DNA of 64,000 nt from Lytechinus pictus (taxonomy: Eukaryota): assembly GCF_037042905.1 (NCBI RefSeq), contig NC_087250.1, positions 26,600,001 through 26,664,000 of the forward strand, written 5' to 3'. This document shows positions 13,090 to 24,929 of this stretch, one piece after another. The first letter of the stretch is position 1, and each line of letters begins with the position of its first letter. Under the pieces are notes generated by a model. That model was given only the letters and a program-made list of their open reading frames with translations. It ran no database searches and was not told the DNA's origin. Both the position numbers and the translations under genes were made by a program.

Positions 13090-14060
13090 CATATTTCAGT
13101 TTGTCAGGGACAATACCGTGAAACAAAGACTTATTAAAAATATCGCACAAGGGATCAACAATGCATTGAATACAAATTTTTATTACCTTGGGAGAAATAT
13201 CATCTGACCCACATGCCTTCGATGGTTTTAAAGTCGAAACCAAATTAGAAATTTCACGAACAGATGTTGGTCGAAAATACAAGGATCAGGAGTGATTTTG
13301 GACGGACATAAAATCTTTGTATGATGTTTGGACAGGAGGAATTTACTTGCTTATTTTAGAAGGTAGATCAATAAAATATTTATTGAAATATTCTGCTTTA
13401 TGTAAATCCGAATTTAACAATAATTCGTTATGATACATGTCATTTGGGAGTGGCATTTTCTTCCCCCTCCCCAGCAATGCATTGATATGTGACCAAGTCT
13501 TTCTCATATCATTTTGTTTTGTTCGAAAAACATTATCATAATAATTTTTCTTACTTTGACGAACAAGATTTGTAAATATATTTTTGTAATCAATATACTT
13601 TTTTCCGATTAATCTCACTTTTATTTTTTGTATGTGCATAATAAAGCTTATGTTTTTCATGAATGGGTTTTAGAAGAACTGGAGTGATCCATGGTTTCCT
13701 GCATTTATTCTTACCACTACATTTAATTAAAGGGAAATGTTCATTATATAACTTAGAAAAAAGGTCACTAAAATAGTTAAATGACACATTAGCGTCAAAC
13801 AAATCATACAAAGTAGACCAATCTGGGTTATGTAAATCTTGTCTAAAGTTATTCATTCTTACATCAGTAATTACACGTCTAAACACTTTTCTATTTGCTT
13901 TACTAGAAATAATGGCATTGCCTTTGTTAATGCTACAAATCGGCATATGATCAGAAAAATCAGAACAAAATATTTTAGAACAGAATTAGTAAATATATTA
14001 TTTACATGCAAACATATCTTATTTTTCATTGATAATTTTGAATATTTTTCACTGTAAAAA
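13090..14060 (-). mobile_element. Internal LINE ORF2 fragment (endonuclease end to pre-RT region)
   Basis: SDHMPI, KPWIT, KTWSHIN and LKPSKACGSDDI motifs in ORFs 12965-13946. Confidence 0.85.
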
Positions 14061-15093
14061 TTATTGAGCGATTGAATAGTTTAATGAACATAAGTAGTAG
14101 CTAAAATAAGGTATAAAATCCTTACGATTATTTGATAATGTCGATAAAAGACACTCACAAAAATGTTATAAACAATGCATTGAAACATACAAAGAATAAT
14201 AACCTGAATTTGATGTTTGGAAAGCACTTGGATATGTGTGCCAACAAAATGTTTTATACTAATTAGGAAGGAAATACTATATATACAATGTAGGACTTAT
14301 TTGGGCATTAATGAATGCATTTACATGTGTGTTAACAAGAGAGAGAGAGAGAGAGAAAGAGAGATGCATGATTAATACAATAAGAAAAAGTTATAATCAG
14401 AAGATGACACATCACGAACTATTTTACACATAAAAAAATACTTGATAGAAAATAACATCATGTTATCTTTTTTGTCAATCACGGACAAACTATTAAAAAG
14501 AGAATAAAAGAAACTAAACTATAATACAGAGTATAAGTTAGAGGTCTAATATCATTATTATAATTGTGGACATATTTATGACCTTCGCTTAAACATGATT
14601 TTAGAAATGTACAAAACTATTAAGTATCTAATACCATCATTATCACTAAAGACAAAAACGATCTGATATTCAACAACAAAAGTAAAATATCCGTTATGTC
14701 AAAATACTGTCTGATACAAAATATGGACATATCTTGATTAAATACAGCATGAACTATCTTGAAAGTATTATTTTCCATCCAGGCAGGCTGTTTGTTTGAT
14801 ATATCATGAACTGGTAGTCAATGTGATAAGATGATGTTATTAAATTGACCTCATTAATGATGTAGGTGAACATCAATGAACGAAGAAAGTACCAAGATAC
14901 CATCATTGGTATCTACCAATTGTTATCATTGACTACTGAATGTTATAATTTCTACTAAATGTCATCATTAGACTACTGGATATTATAATTTCTGTCGAAT
15001 GCATGTTATCATTTTAATAGACTCGTCTATGACTGGATGTGTACTTAAAGGCATTACTCTTTACCTATTAGAGATTGAAAAGGAAAATAAAAC

Positions 15094-15099
15094 TTTATT
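15094..15099 (-). promoter_or_regulatory. Candidate polyadenylation signal of the death-domain gene
   Basis: AATAAA on the minus strand about 130 nt downstream of the stop codon. Confidence 0.4.
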
Positions 15100-15227
15100 G
15101 AAAATCAATGAAGAACTTTCATTGGCCATCACATTTCGTACTCCGCAATCAACTTGTCACAAAGCCAAGAGTTATTGACATTATTAAGAAAATACATCCA
15201 AGTACTGTTGTCCAAATGTTAGTTAAC

Positions 15228-15520
15228 TTAGTCCTGCAGTGTTTCTATATAATTTGCAAGATCTGCCCTGTTGCATCTTGTCAGTGCACTACATAGATCC
15301 TTCACCATCTGTATCTTATTTCCCTCACAAGATGATTGTTGGTTCCACAGTTCTAGCATTGCAATTATACGATTTACCGCCGTTGGATTGTCCTCCTTGA
15401 TATGAAAAATATTTTCTGGATTTAACCCGAGCCTGATACCAAGGTGTTGCCACTCCGATCCGATCTTCACCGCTAGATCACTGAAGTCCACGTTGCACAG
15501 TACAATGGTCTCTTTACAAG
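15228..15520 (-). CDS. Terminal exon E encoding a death domain
   Basis: Acceptor tttctttatcgcccttaacag|CT, phase 1. Encodes DFSDLAVKIGSEWQHLGIRLGL...IAMLELW...LCSALTRCNRADLANYI, a canonical death-domain pattern, then TAA. Confidence 0.88.
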
Positions 15521-15871
15521 CTGTTAAGGGCGATAAAGAAATATGAGGTAAATCACTGTATTACTTTAAAAGGTCGAAGATAACTCACTCTTTGAATTGA
15601 TATGTTTAAACTTCTACCCATTATATGATTTGAATTTTTTTTTTTTTTTATTAATCACAAGTAAAAATTATTAAATGAAATAAAAATCTATAAATTTTGA
15701 ACCCTTAATATTGAACAAAGGTTTGAAATCTAGCAATAAAGTGTAAAGTGATTAGCTTTAATCAGGTAGGGTAATATATTCTTAACATTTGGTACTACAC
15801 CAATCGCTCTTTGCTTGAATGATAACAATATTGTGAATAATTGTGAATAATGAGAGGCAATATTTTTTTAA

Positions 15872-16455
15872 AGGAGAATGAAACCTTTGGAACAAGATAG
15901 CTTGTGTGAAAACAGAAAAATAACAGAAACAGACCAACGGAATTTTGAGAAAAATCGGACAAATAATGAAAAAGTTATGAGCATTTGAATATTGCGATTA
16001 CTAATGCAATGGAGATCCTCACATTGGCAATGCGACAAAGATGTGTGATGTCACTTGTGAACAACTCTCCCCATTACTTTAGTATATTTCACTTAAACTG
16101 CCTCTTTTATCACATCTATCAGTAGATCATGTGTTCTTTCTATAGGAGGGCATGTAATACAGATTTTTAAAGAATAGATCATGGATAAAGAGTTTGTATC
16201 ACCATAAGAAAAAGCAAAGCGAAACATTTTGGGGGGTATTTTACAGTCCATCAAAGGGAAAGTTGTTCAAATGTGACATTACACATCCTTGTTGCATTGC
16301 CGATGGGAGGATCTCCATAGCATTAGCGATTGCAATATTCAAATGCTCATAACTTTCTCATTATTTGCCCAATTTTTCTCAAACTTTCTTTATTCTTATT
16401 CTTAGATTTTTCTGTTTCGACACCAGCCTAATTGTTCCAAATGTTTCATTCCCCT
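15872..16455. mobile_element. Palindromic TTAA-flanked MITE (Kolobok-like) in the last intron
   Basis: TTAA|AGGAGAATGAAAC...GTTTCATTCCCCT|TTAA with about 200-bp inverted arms. Confidence 0.85.
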
Positions 16456-16489
16456 TTAATAACACAATAGAGAACGATTGAACCCTTAC

Positions 16490-16549
16490 TTGATCTTCTT
16501 GACATCATTAGACTCTTAGCTCCTGATTCTTCTTCCTCTTCAGTAATAC
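16490..16549 (-). CDS. Exon D, acidic linker mini-exon
   Basis: Acceptor after a T-run (...ctttatgaatttggaatgcag|) and donor CAA|gtaagg; 60 nt, symmetric phase 1-1. Encodes ITEEEEESGAKSLMMSRRS. Confidence 0.75.
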
Positions 16550-17094
16550 CTGCATTCCAAATTCATAAAGAAAAAAAAAACATTGATATATGGGGATAAT
16601 TGGAAAGTGATGCATTTAAATTGTCATTAATGGATTTCTATCGCTCTTGAATGTTAATTGTGAGGATAGAATAGTTGTTTATATTTTTTTTCGCTAATTT
16701 ACTTTAATTTTATTGCTTTTCTTATTTCATCACATGTTATTCTTCTTCTCTTCCCTTTCCCTCTTTTGTCTTTGATCATCTATTATCAAAATATTCGTCG
16801 CCAGTCCGTTGTTACAATGATTGTTCTATATGTTTTATATGAAACTGCATGGATGTGTTGGCGCGCCGATTGTGTTGGCCTCTCGGCCGTGGTGTCGTAA
16901 TGAAGACACACGAAACCTCGAAGTGGCTTTGTTAAATCATTCTTTTATAATAAGTTGGTCCCCATGTCGCTTGTTACTATATTTCATATTGTATGCACGA
17001 ATTACATACAGTATTTTATAATGAAAACTTTTATTTTAGGCAGTTGGATTGGACGATGTTTATTTCAATAAATAACATTCCCCTATTAATATAT

Positions 17095-17985
17095 AACAAG
17101 TGGAATGCCTCTCGCGGTCTCACCTGCATCACGCGATTCAATATAGCAGCAGTGCTGATTTGAAAACTACTATAAAATAATTATTCACAAAAAACACCAT
17201 TCATACAATGATACAATACTACGTTCATTGATATTTAACCTTAATCATGTGACCTAAAACTTGTCAGTGATACTTGATTACCCCTATATCCACATTTTAT
17301 ACACTATATCTATAAACTTTTGAAGTTATGACAGCAATCTAATAATTACCTCTAAAATGGCTAAAGTTCAATTACTTTAAATTACCTTTGACTTTGGTCA
17401 TGTGACCTGAAACACAGATGTTCCGTGATTCTTAGTTACTTTTATGTCCAAGTTTCATGAGTCAGATCCATAAAAAAATTCAGTTATGAGGGTAATTCAA
17501 CAGATACCCCCATTATGGCCAAAGTTCATTGACCTTTGACCTTGGTCATGTGACCTGAAATGCGCACATGATGTTCAGTGATACTTGATTACTCTTATGT
17601 CCACGTTTTATGAACTAGACCAATACACTTACAGAAATATGATGGTATTTCAACAAATAACCACAATCCGGCTAAAGTTCATTGACCCTAAATGACCTTT
17701 GACCTTAGTTACGTGACGTCAAACTTATGCAGAATGTTCAGTAATACTTGATTAACTTTATGTCCAAATTTCATGAGCTAGGCCCATATATTTTCTAAGT
17801 TATGATGACATTTAAAAAACTTAACCTTAGGTTAAGATTTGATGCTGATTTCCCAAACATGGTCTAAGTTCATTGACCCTAAGTGGCCTTTTGACCTTAG
17901 TTATGTGACCTGAAACTCAGACAGAATGCTCATTAATACTTGATTAACCTTATGGCCAAGTTTCATGAACTAGGTCCATACAATC
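17095..17985 (+). mobile_element. Helentron/HINE-like element with internal tandem repeats (3' end lost)
   Basis: AACAAGTGGAATGCCTCT head shared with 23815; tandem units of about 170 bp containing TGACCTTTGACCTT. Confidence 0.7.
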
Positions 17986-18480
17986 GCTAGAGGGTATTCA
18001 TTTGCCTCGCAATCTACTATGGTCAACAAGGAAATTCGTGATCACTCTCGCAAAAAGTGTTCACTAGCTTACAAGTTCACGAGCTTCCGAGTGCCGCCGC
18101 AACTCTTTATCAAGTGACGAAAATTATCTGATAACGTAGTCTATTTATACCAATCCCCAGGACCGTACGCACGAACGCGGGAACAATAGGTGGGCACTGA
18201 TCCGCTGTGTGATTGGTCGGGCGTTTCACCAATCAGTGCGTCGACGTACGGTGCGGCCGGTGATCCGTATATGCAAATAATCCCGAGGTATATGCAAATA
18301 CGCCGCGAGTCGGCAATATGCAAATAAGACAAAATTGGCGGGCTCGCTAGTTTCCCGTGGATGGGGGTTGACTAGCTGAGCACTGCCAGGTAAGGGGGTA
18401 TTGTGCTGTCGGAGGGTTCGCATCCAGAAATCTGGGATGTCGATCCCGCTGTCTCTGTTGAAGTTGTTAGGACAAAGACA
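17985..18480 (-). mobile_element. Penelope-like element 3' fragment
   Basis: PNNFNRDSGIDIPDFW, typical of the C-terminus of a Penelope GIY-YIG domain, followed by a hammerhead-like motif. Confidence 0.75.
18077..18117 (-). ncRNA. Minimal type-I hammerhead ribozyme variant (Penelope-associated)
   Basis: TCAC-TTGATAA-A-GAGT[loop]ACTC-GGAA-GC-TC-GTGA: stem I TCAC/GTGA, stem II GAGT/ACTC and palindromic AGCT stem III. Confidence 0.65.
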
Positions 18481-20997
18481 TATACTAATAGCCATGAAAT
18501 ATGTTTCTGCAGAATCAAGGATGCGTTAGTCAGTAGTTAAATTAAACGTGTTAACACATACAAATAGACGTTTTGACAAATACTTATGCAGAAACACTTT
18601 TAAAAAGTCCGAATAAACAAATTAGTCATTTGAATCATGAATGAAAATGAAAATCCATAATTTATTGTTCGAAATAGACATGAAATGAAATACTCCGAAA
18701 ATTTGCTTTGCCCAATTGATCGTGGGCCCGGCAGCCGCTGTGCAGCGCCAGATCGACGAGTGTTAAGGTCTTAAACTGTAAACTCCTGCTATAGCGTAAC
18801 TCGCTCCCTAGCTTATTGAAAATATGTCCAGTGTGTGCGCGCACTGCCTCTGTGTTGTTTGGTACCATTTGTTTGTACACCAACGCACCGGATGCACGCA
18901 TAGGATCCACTGCATGTACACGTACACGATCGATCACCTATGATTTTCTCTAAATGAAAAATATGCGGCACTTTTTTTTAATCTCTTATTTTGTGATGAG
19001 AAAGATGTTTTTTTTTAATGGACTACAACCCCCCCCCCCCAAAAAAAAAAAAAAAAAACTTAACCAGTTGAAAAAGCATAAGCCATACAGAGTGTTTGTG
19101 CGTGAATATTTTACAAATTAGATTAACATGCATTTAAAAAGTAAAAGCAGGGGCGGCTCTGAACATATTTTCGTTTGGAGGGGGTGGGGGGGGCAAAGAC
19201 AACAAGAGTACTTAGTATGACAAGATTTGTATTTTGGTGCAAACGTACATGTTACCATGAAACTACCCTCTGCATGAAGTAGTTGGATGTTTTGTAGTGA
19301 TTTATAGGTTGAGGAGTCTTTTGAACTCAGTGATTTCTGAGATATATAGGCTCTTTTCCGCGAGAGAGTATAGCATGCAAGCACTTTGGAAACATTTCAA
19401 ATCTGAAGTTGCAAAATCTGCTTCATGGTGCTAATCAGTTTAAAAATAAAAGGGCATTATTTCGAGTTATTTAAGTGCGAATCGCGACCTAAAATTTTTT
19501 TGTCACCAGAAACATGAATACCTTTGATGCTATCGCGAAAAATTGTAAATAATAGAAACTTAGACACTGGACATTCTAAACATTTTGAAAACCGTTAACA
19601 GGATAAGTACTACCTTACTGAATAATGATAATTGATGGAGCGCGAAGCACGAGCCAAAAATTTAGTGATTTTTTAACCTAAAATGTATTATTTTACTTCT
19701 TAAAAAGTATATTGTTAGAAAAAGACATATTTCATTTAAAAAAGGCCTCCATTTTGGAAAAAAAAAATAGTTTCCTATGGTTATTTTTTGGGGGACAAGG
19801 CGGAGGGGGGGGGGGGGCAATTGGGGGCATGTGCCTCCTTTTCCCTGTGAGACTAAATGATCAACATAAAACACTGAATTATCAATAAAAATATGAATTG
19901 TCCAATATATAGATTATTTTATGAAAATAACAAGTGATAAGGATAAGGAAGTATTAAAGAGGAGAAAATTATCCAATTATTTTCTTTGTGTAACTTAACG
20001 ATGAAATTACAATATCTTTTTGCAAATAAGATATTTTTGTTAATTAGGATTAAATTCTGGATTTCATTAGATGATAGTTTAAAGGTTCCCCAAAGCTTGC
20101 ATAGCTTTACACAAAAATTGAAAAGCACATTGTTTTCCAAATACATAAACCTCAACAGTGACTGACTTGAAGAATCATTCTCTCTCTCTCTCTCCCTCTT
20201 TCTTTTACTCTTACATCAGCTTTTTTCATTTTATTTATTTTAGCACTAATATGCACAATAATATAATTCAATATGTGCGTGTCATTTGTATTTACATCCT
20301 ATATGTAACATTGTAAGTGTTCAATGTATGCAGTCATGAAAACAGTGTTTGGCTAATTATGTATTTTACTTTACGGAAAACAAATTATAGGCCTACTATT
20401 CGTCATGTTCATATTTTCGGGATCTAGGGACCTTCCCCGACCTACTGCACTTAGTTATTCAATACTTTGCTAATTATCTATACAATGATCACTTTTTAAA
20501 ATTGACATTTTAATCCAATTGTTCTTTGTTTATCATGTATGTATGTATGTATTATTGTGAATTATAATTATTCTCCAGTTATTACTATGAATTTGTAAAT
20601 GAAACAATGCAAATCAAATCAAAGTATGGTACCAATAAAGATATTGTACATCTTTCCTCCTGCGTTGTGCTCGCTTGTTTTATTTTTAGATACATGCAGG
20701 TAAGTTTTGTAAAGAAAATGATTTGGCACATTTGGCGAGTACGATGACAAAATTGTAATTCTGATACCCCATGGCCCATTCTACATTCGATTACAAAAAT
20801 AAAAAGATACCCCCCAAAAAGAAAACAATCCTGGACTCGCACTTTAGTATACAACTTGTTTCAAAATTGAAAGTTTCCTTTTTGCAAAATGACATATGCA
20901 GCCATTTTCTGTTCTCTTGATTTTCGCAAAACTTACAAGATACTTACATATTTTAAAATATCAAATGCATATTTCAGTAAGCAACAAATATCACTCC

Positions 20998-21032
<35 letters not shown>

Positions 21033-22016
21033 CTGTATTCATGAGTGCCTATACAAAAGATACAAGACATTTCATTTTACAAATGGCCTCGAAATGGAGG
21101 AGTCGCCTTTAATAGTTTTCTGAAATTCCGAACAGATGACCTCGCACCAAGATATGTTGCTACCTTGGGCATGTTAACATTACATCAACAAAACCTACAT
21201 CCAGTCACAGCAAAGTGTCAAATCAAGTGGTGGGCGGACTTGAACCTGGGGCGGATTAGCCCCACTCTTCCCTATCCGATTTGTTAGATGTATCCTATTC
21301 ATCAGTCACTAAATGCTCGCGCTTCGCGCTTGTGTAAATTCTTTAGGTAATTTGATACACATAGCAAAAACTGGTAGTAATTTTTAATTTTCTTGTCTTA
21401 TTACATAAAATATCCAAAAGTTTGAGATGGTGATTCGCGCCTGTAACATCTCGCAAGGATGCTCTTTTGACAGTAATCACCACAATTGACCAAAAATCGA
21501 ATTTCACATATTCAGGTTTTTAATTTTTCCTGACCATTTGCTCGCGGAAAAAATAAAGCCTACATAAAATTATGTAATCAATCACTAGTCCTGAAGGCTT
21601 TGCTCAACTTTAGTACCACAAAACTCACAACTACTTCACGCAGATGATAATCTCATGGTGAAAATATCCGTTTGCACCAAATGCCCATTTTGACATATAA
21701 GTTCCCTTTTTTACTCCCCCTCCAACTTTCATGGGGTGCACGCCTTTCCCCTGTGTACTGCACTTGTACCAAGTGGTAGCCAGCGCATATATAAAAAAGG
21801 AAATGACTCATTGAACCCTTTCCCTTCTCAATATCTTTCTTATTTTATTTCTTTTATTTTATATCTCCAATTTTGGAACTTTTGAGGGACTAGAGCCAGA
21901 GTCCCCTTCTTTACGACAGTGGTTTTAATTGTTAAAGGACAAGTCCACCCCAACAAAAAGTTGATTTGAATAAAAAGAGTAACTAGGTTAAAACTGACAC
22001 ATGGTCAACGTAACCT

Positions 22017-22236
22017 GGGGGGTGTTTCACATAGATTTAAGTATGACTTAAATCGCACTTAAATGCCAACACGTATCTGAAATGCAACGCGCAATCTAAT
22101 TCATCAATACGCAATAGTGCGTGTACTCTTTGCATGATCTGACCAGTGCGCAATGCGGTCATGGCTTTTATACCGCGCAAAACTAGGCATTTAAGTGCGA
22201 CTCTAAGTCATAATTAAATCTTTGTGAAACACCCCC
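22017..22236. mobile_element. Harbinger-like MITE; further copies at about 22925-23105 and partial 22645-22785, set in TGTAACCTGG minisatellite
   Basis: GGGGTGTTTCAC...GTGAAACACCCC TIRs with about 50-bp inverted arms and CTG flanks. Confidence 0.75.
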
Positions 22237-23814
22237 TGGCCTATATAATGTAACCTGGAATTCAAAAGTAATCTGGCTTTGATAGGCTTTAAAGTGTGAT
22301 ACCTGTGCTTATTGTGTAACCTGGCCTCATAGTTTAACCTGCAAAGAGTTAACTTCTTAAAACAATAACCTTGCTTTAAACCTGGCTTTGAAATGTATCC
22401 TGATCTTTTAGTGTAATCTAAGCTGAGTTGCCTGATAATGTGATACCTGTGCTTATTGTGTAACCTTGCCTTATAATGTAACCTGCAAATGAAAAGTCAA
22501 GTGGCTTCCATAGACCTTTTAAGTGTGATTCATGTGCCTATTGTGTAACCTCTCCTAATAATTTAACCTGCTTTAAAGAGTTACCTTCTTTAAAGCGTAA
22601 CCAGGCTTTAGAAGGTATCCTGATCTAAAAGTGTAATCTGGGCCTACTTGCATGCAGTATAAAAGACATCACTGCATTGGTCAGATCATGCTGAGAGGAC
22701 TCGCACTTCTGCGTACGGTATTGATAAAAGAGATTCATGTTGCATATCATGTAAGAGTCATATTAAAATCTTTGTGAAACACCACTGACCTTATAGTGTA
22801 ACCTGACTACAAGTGTAACATGGCCTGATAATGTAGTCTTGCCTTGTAATGTAACCCAACATTAAATAGTAACTTGGCTTAAAATTGAAACTTATAGTGT
22901 AACCTGGCTTTACAATGTAACCATGGTGGTGTTTCACAACGATTTAAGTATGACTTAGGTAGCACTTAAATGCCAACGCAAATAGGCAGTAGTGCGCTGC
23001 CTCTACTCATGACCTGACCAATGCGGTCATGCCTTTTATATCGCACGCAATGAGGAATTTAAGTGCGACTCTAAGTCATACTTAAATCTTTGTGAAACAC
23101 CCCCTGGCCTTATACTGCATGCGTGAGTAGCAGACAGCATGGTAGTCGGATCGCAAGGTGTGCAGTGTCGAAGCTTAAATCGCATGGTAGTCATAAGCCT
23201 CGACACCGCACACCTTGCGATCCGACTTTCATGCTATGCTGTCTTTGACTCACGCATGCTGCGCTTTTTGCCATAGCAACTGACAAAATAGCGCTTACTA
23301 CGTACAGCGTAAGCATGTTGTATATCATATACGCGTCGTGCAACTCTGCTGTCTGATTGGTTGGAAGTTGGATTGAGCCTAAAATCCTTACGGTTTTCCT
23401 TGCGACTTGTCTCTGACCGGTCTGCGACTCTCAAGCTGACAAGAGCTGTGACGCCGGATCGGGCCGTAAGGTGTGCGCTTGCCTTAAAAGACATCACCGC
23501 ATTGGTCAGATCATGCTGAGAGGATCTACCTTTTCCTCATCTAAAAATGGGCGGATATGTTTCCATATGTCCTCTTCCCTCTTCTTGGAAAGTTCCATTG
23601 TTGACTTAACTGGGGGCATCTGAAAAAGTATTGGGATGTCCGCAGAGTTCACCATAAAAGATAATTTTTCTTCCTCTGCATTGCTTGCCTTCATGTTCCA
23701 GTCATAATGCCTTGTTCTGATAACTTAAATCTACATGTTGGATGAAAGCAAATGAAAAGTGTTATAAAAATACTTACATTGCTCATGATTTGGAGAGCGT
23801 ATCGAGATTAGAGT

Positions 23815-24626
23815 AACAAGTGGAATGCCTCTGGCGGTCTTACCTGCATCACGCGATTCAATATAGCAGCAGTGCTGACTTTCAAAACTACTATAACTCG
23901 CACAAGATGTTCAGTGATGATAATTCAACAAATACCCCCAACATGGCCAAAGTTCATTGACCTTACATGACCTTTGACCTTGAACATGTGACCTAAAACT
24001 TGCACAGGATATTCAGTGATACCTGATTACTCTTATGTCCAAGTTTCATGAGTCAGATCCATAAACTTTCAAAGTTATGATGAAACAAATTCGTATATTT
24101 AATGAGATGTGACCTTTGAACAGCGGTCTCCGGATTCAAACTTTGCCTATATTTTGGTGTCATCTACCTACAGACCAAAAAAATGTAATCCATTAAATAT
24201 TTTTCGAGTGTTGGCGCGGAAACCAACTCCCATACTTAACGAGCTGTGACCTTTGACCTGCAGACTCCGAATTCAAACTAATCCTGTATTTTGGTGTCAT
24301 CTGCCTATACACCAAACATTTTTAAAATCCATTAAATATTGTTCAAGTTTTTGTGCGGAAACCAACTCGCATATTTAATGAGATGTGACCTTTGACCTAA
24401 ATGTAGACTCCAACTTGCATATTTAATGAGCTGGAAACCAACTTGCATATTTAATGAGCTGCGACCTTTGACCTGCAGACTCCGAATTCGAACTTAGCCT
24501 GTATTTTAGTGTCATCTACCTACACACCAAACAGTTTTGAGTTATTGCTAGGAAACCAAGTTGGGGGGGGCGGACAAGGGCAACGCTTAATGCCCCCTAC
24601 GGACTTCGTCTGCGGGGGCATAAAAA
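23815..24626 (+). mobile_element. HINE-like element: head, tandem repeats and 3' stem-loop
   Basis: Same head as 17095; ends ATGCCCCC...GGGGGCAT-AAAAA hairpin. Confidence 0.7.
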
Positions 24627-24690
24627 CCTGAAATTGTCATGTATCACGGGTGCACCATCTCACTATTAATTTTGTATTTTCAACTTGCTA

Positions 24691-24911
24691 CACTGTAAAA
24701 ACTGTGATGTTAAACCTGACACCAGTAGTTGTCTATAGAGGACCACACACTGAAGTGCTAAAATTACACACTAGAGATTGAATGTAACACCACTTTAAAT
24801 GTAACAACCAAAAATGTTGTAATAACACCTAATACTGTCAATTTAACACCGGGGTAAAATGACTGGTGTTTTCATCTATGTACACCAGTTAACACCACAG
24901 TTTTTGCTGTG
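24691..24911. mobile_element. CACTG-terminated MITE with TA flanks; second copy at about 27162-27384
   Basis: TA|CACTGTAAAAACTGTG...CACAGTTTTTGCTGTG|TA. Confidence 0.75.
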
Positions 24912-24929
24912 TATCAACCAATTAACAAA

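Noticed and set aside
23506..23694. Additional exon of the COR-death gene
   Set aside because: The acceptor leads to in-frame stops and the only donor is weak and phase 0, whereas phase 1-1 is required.
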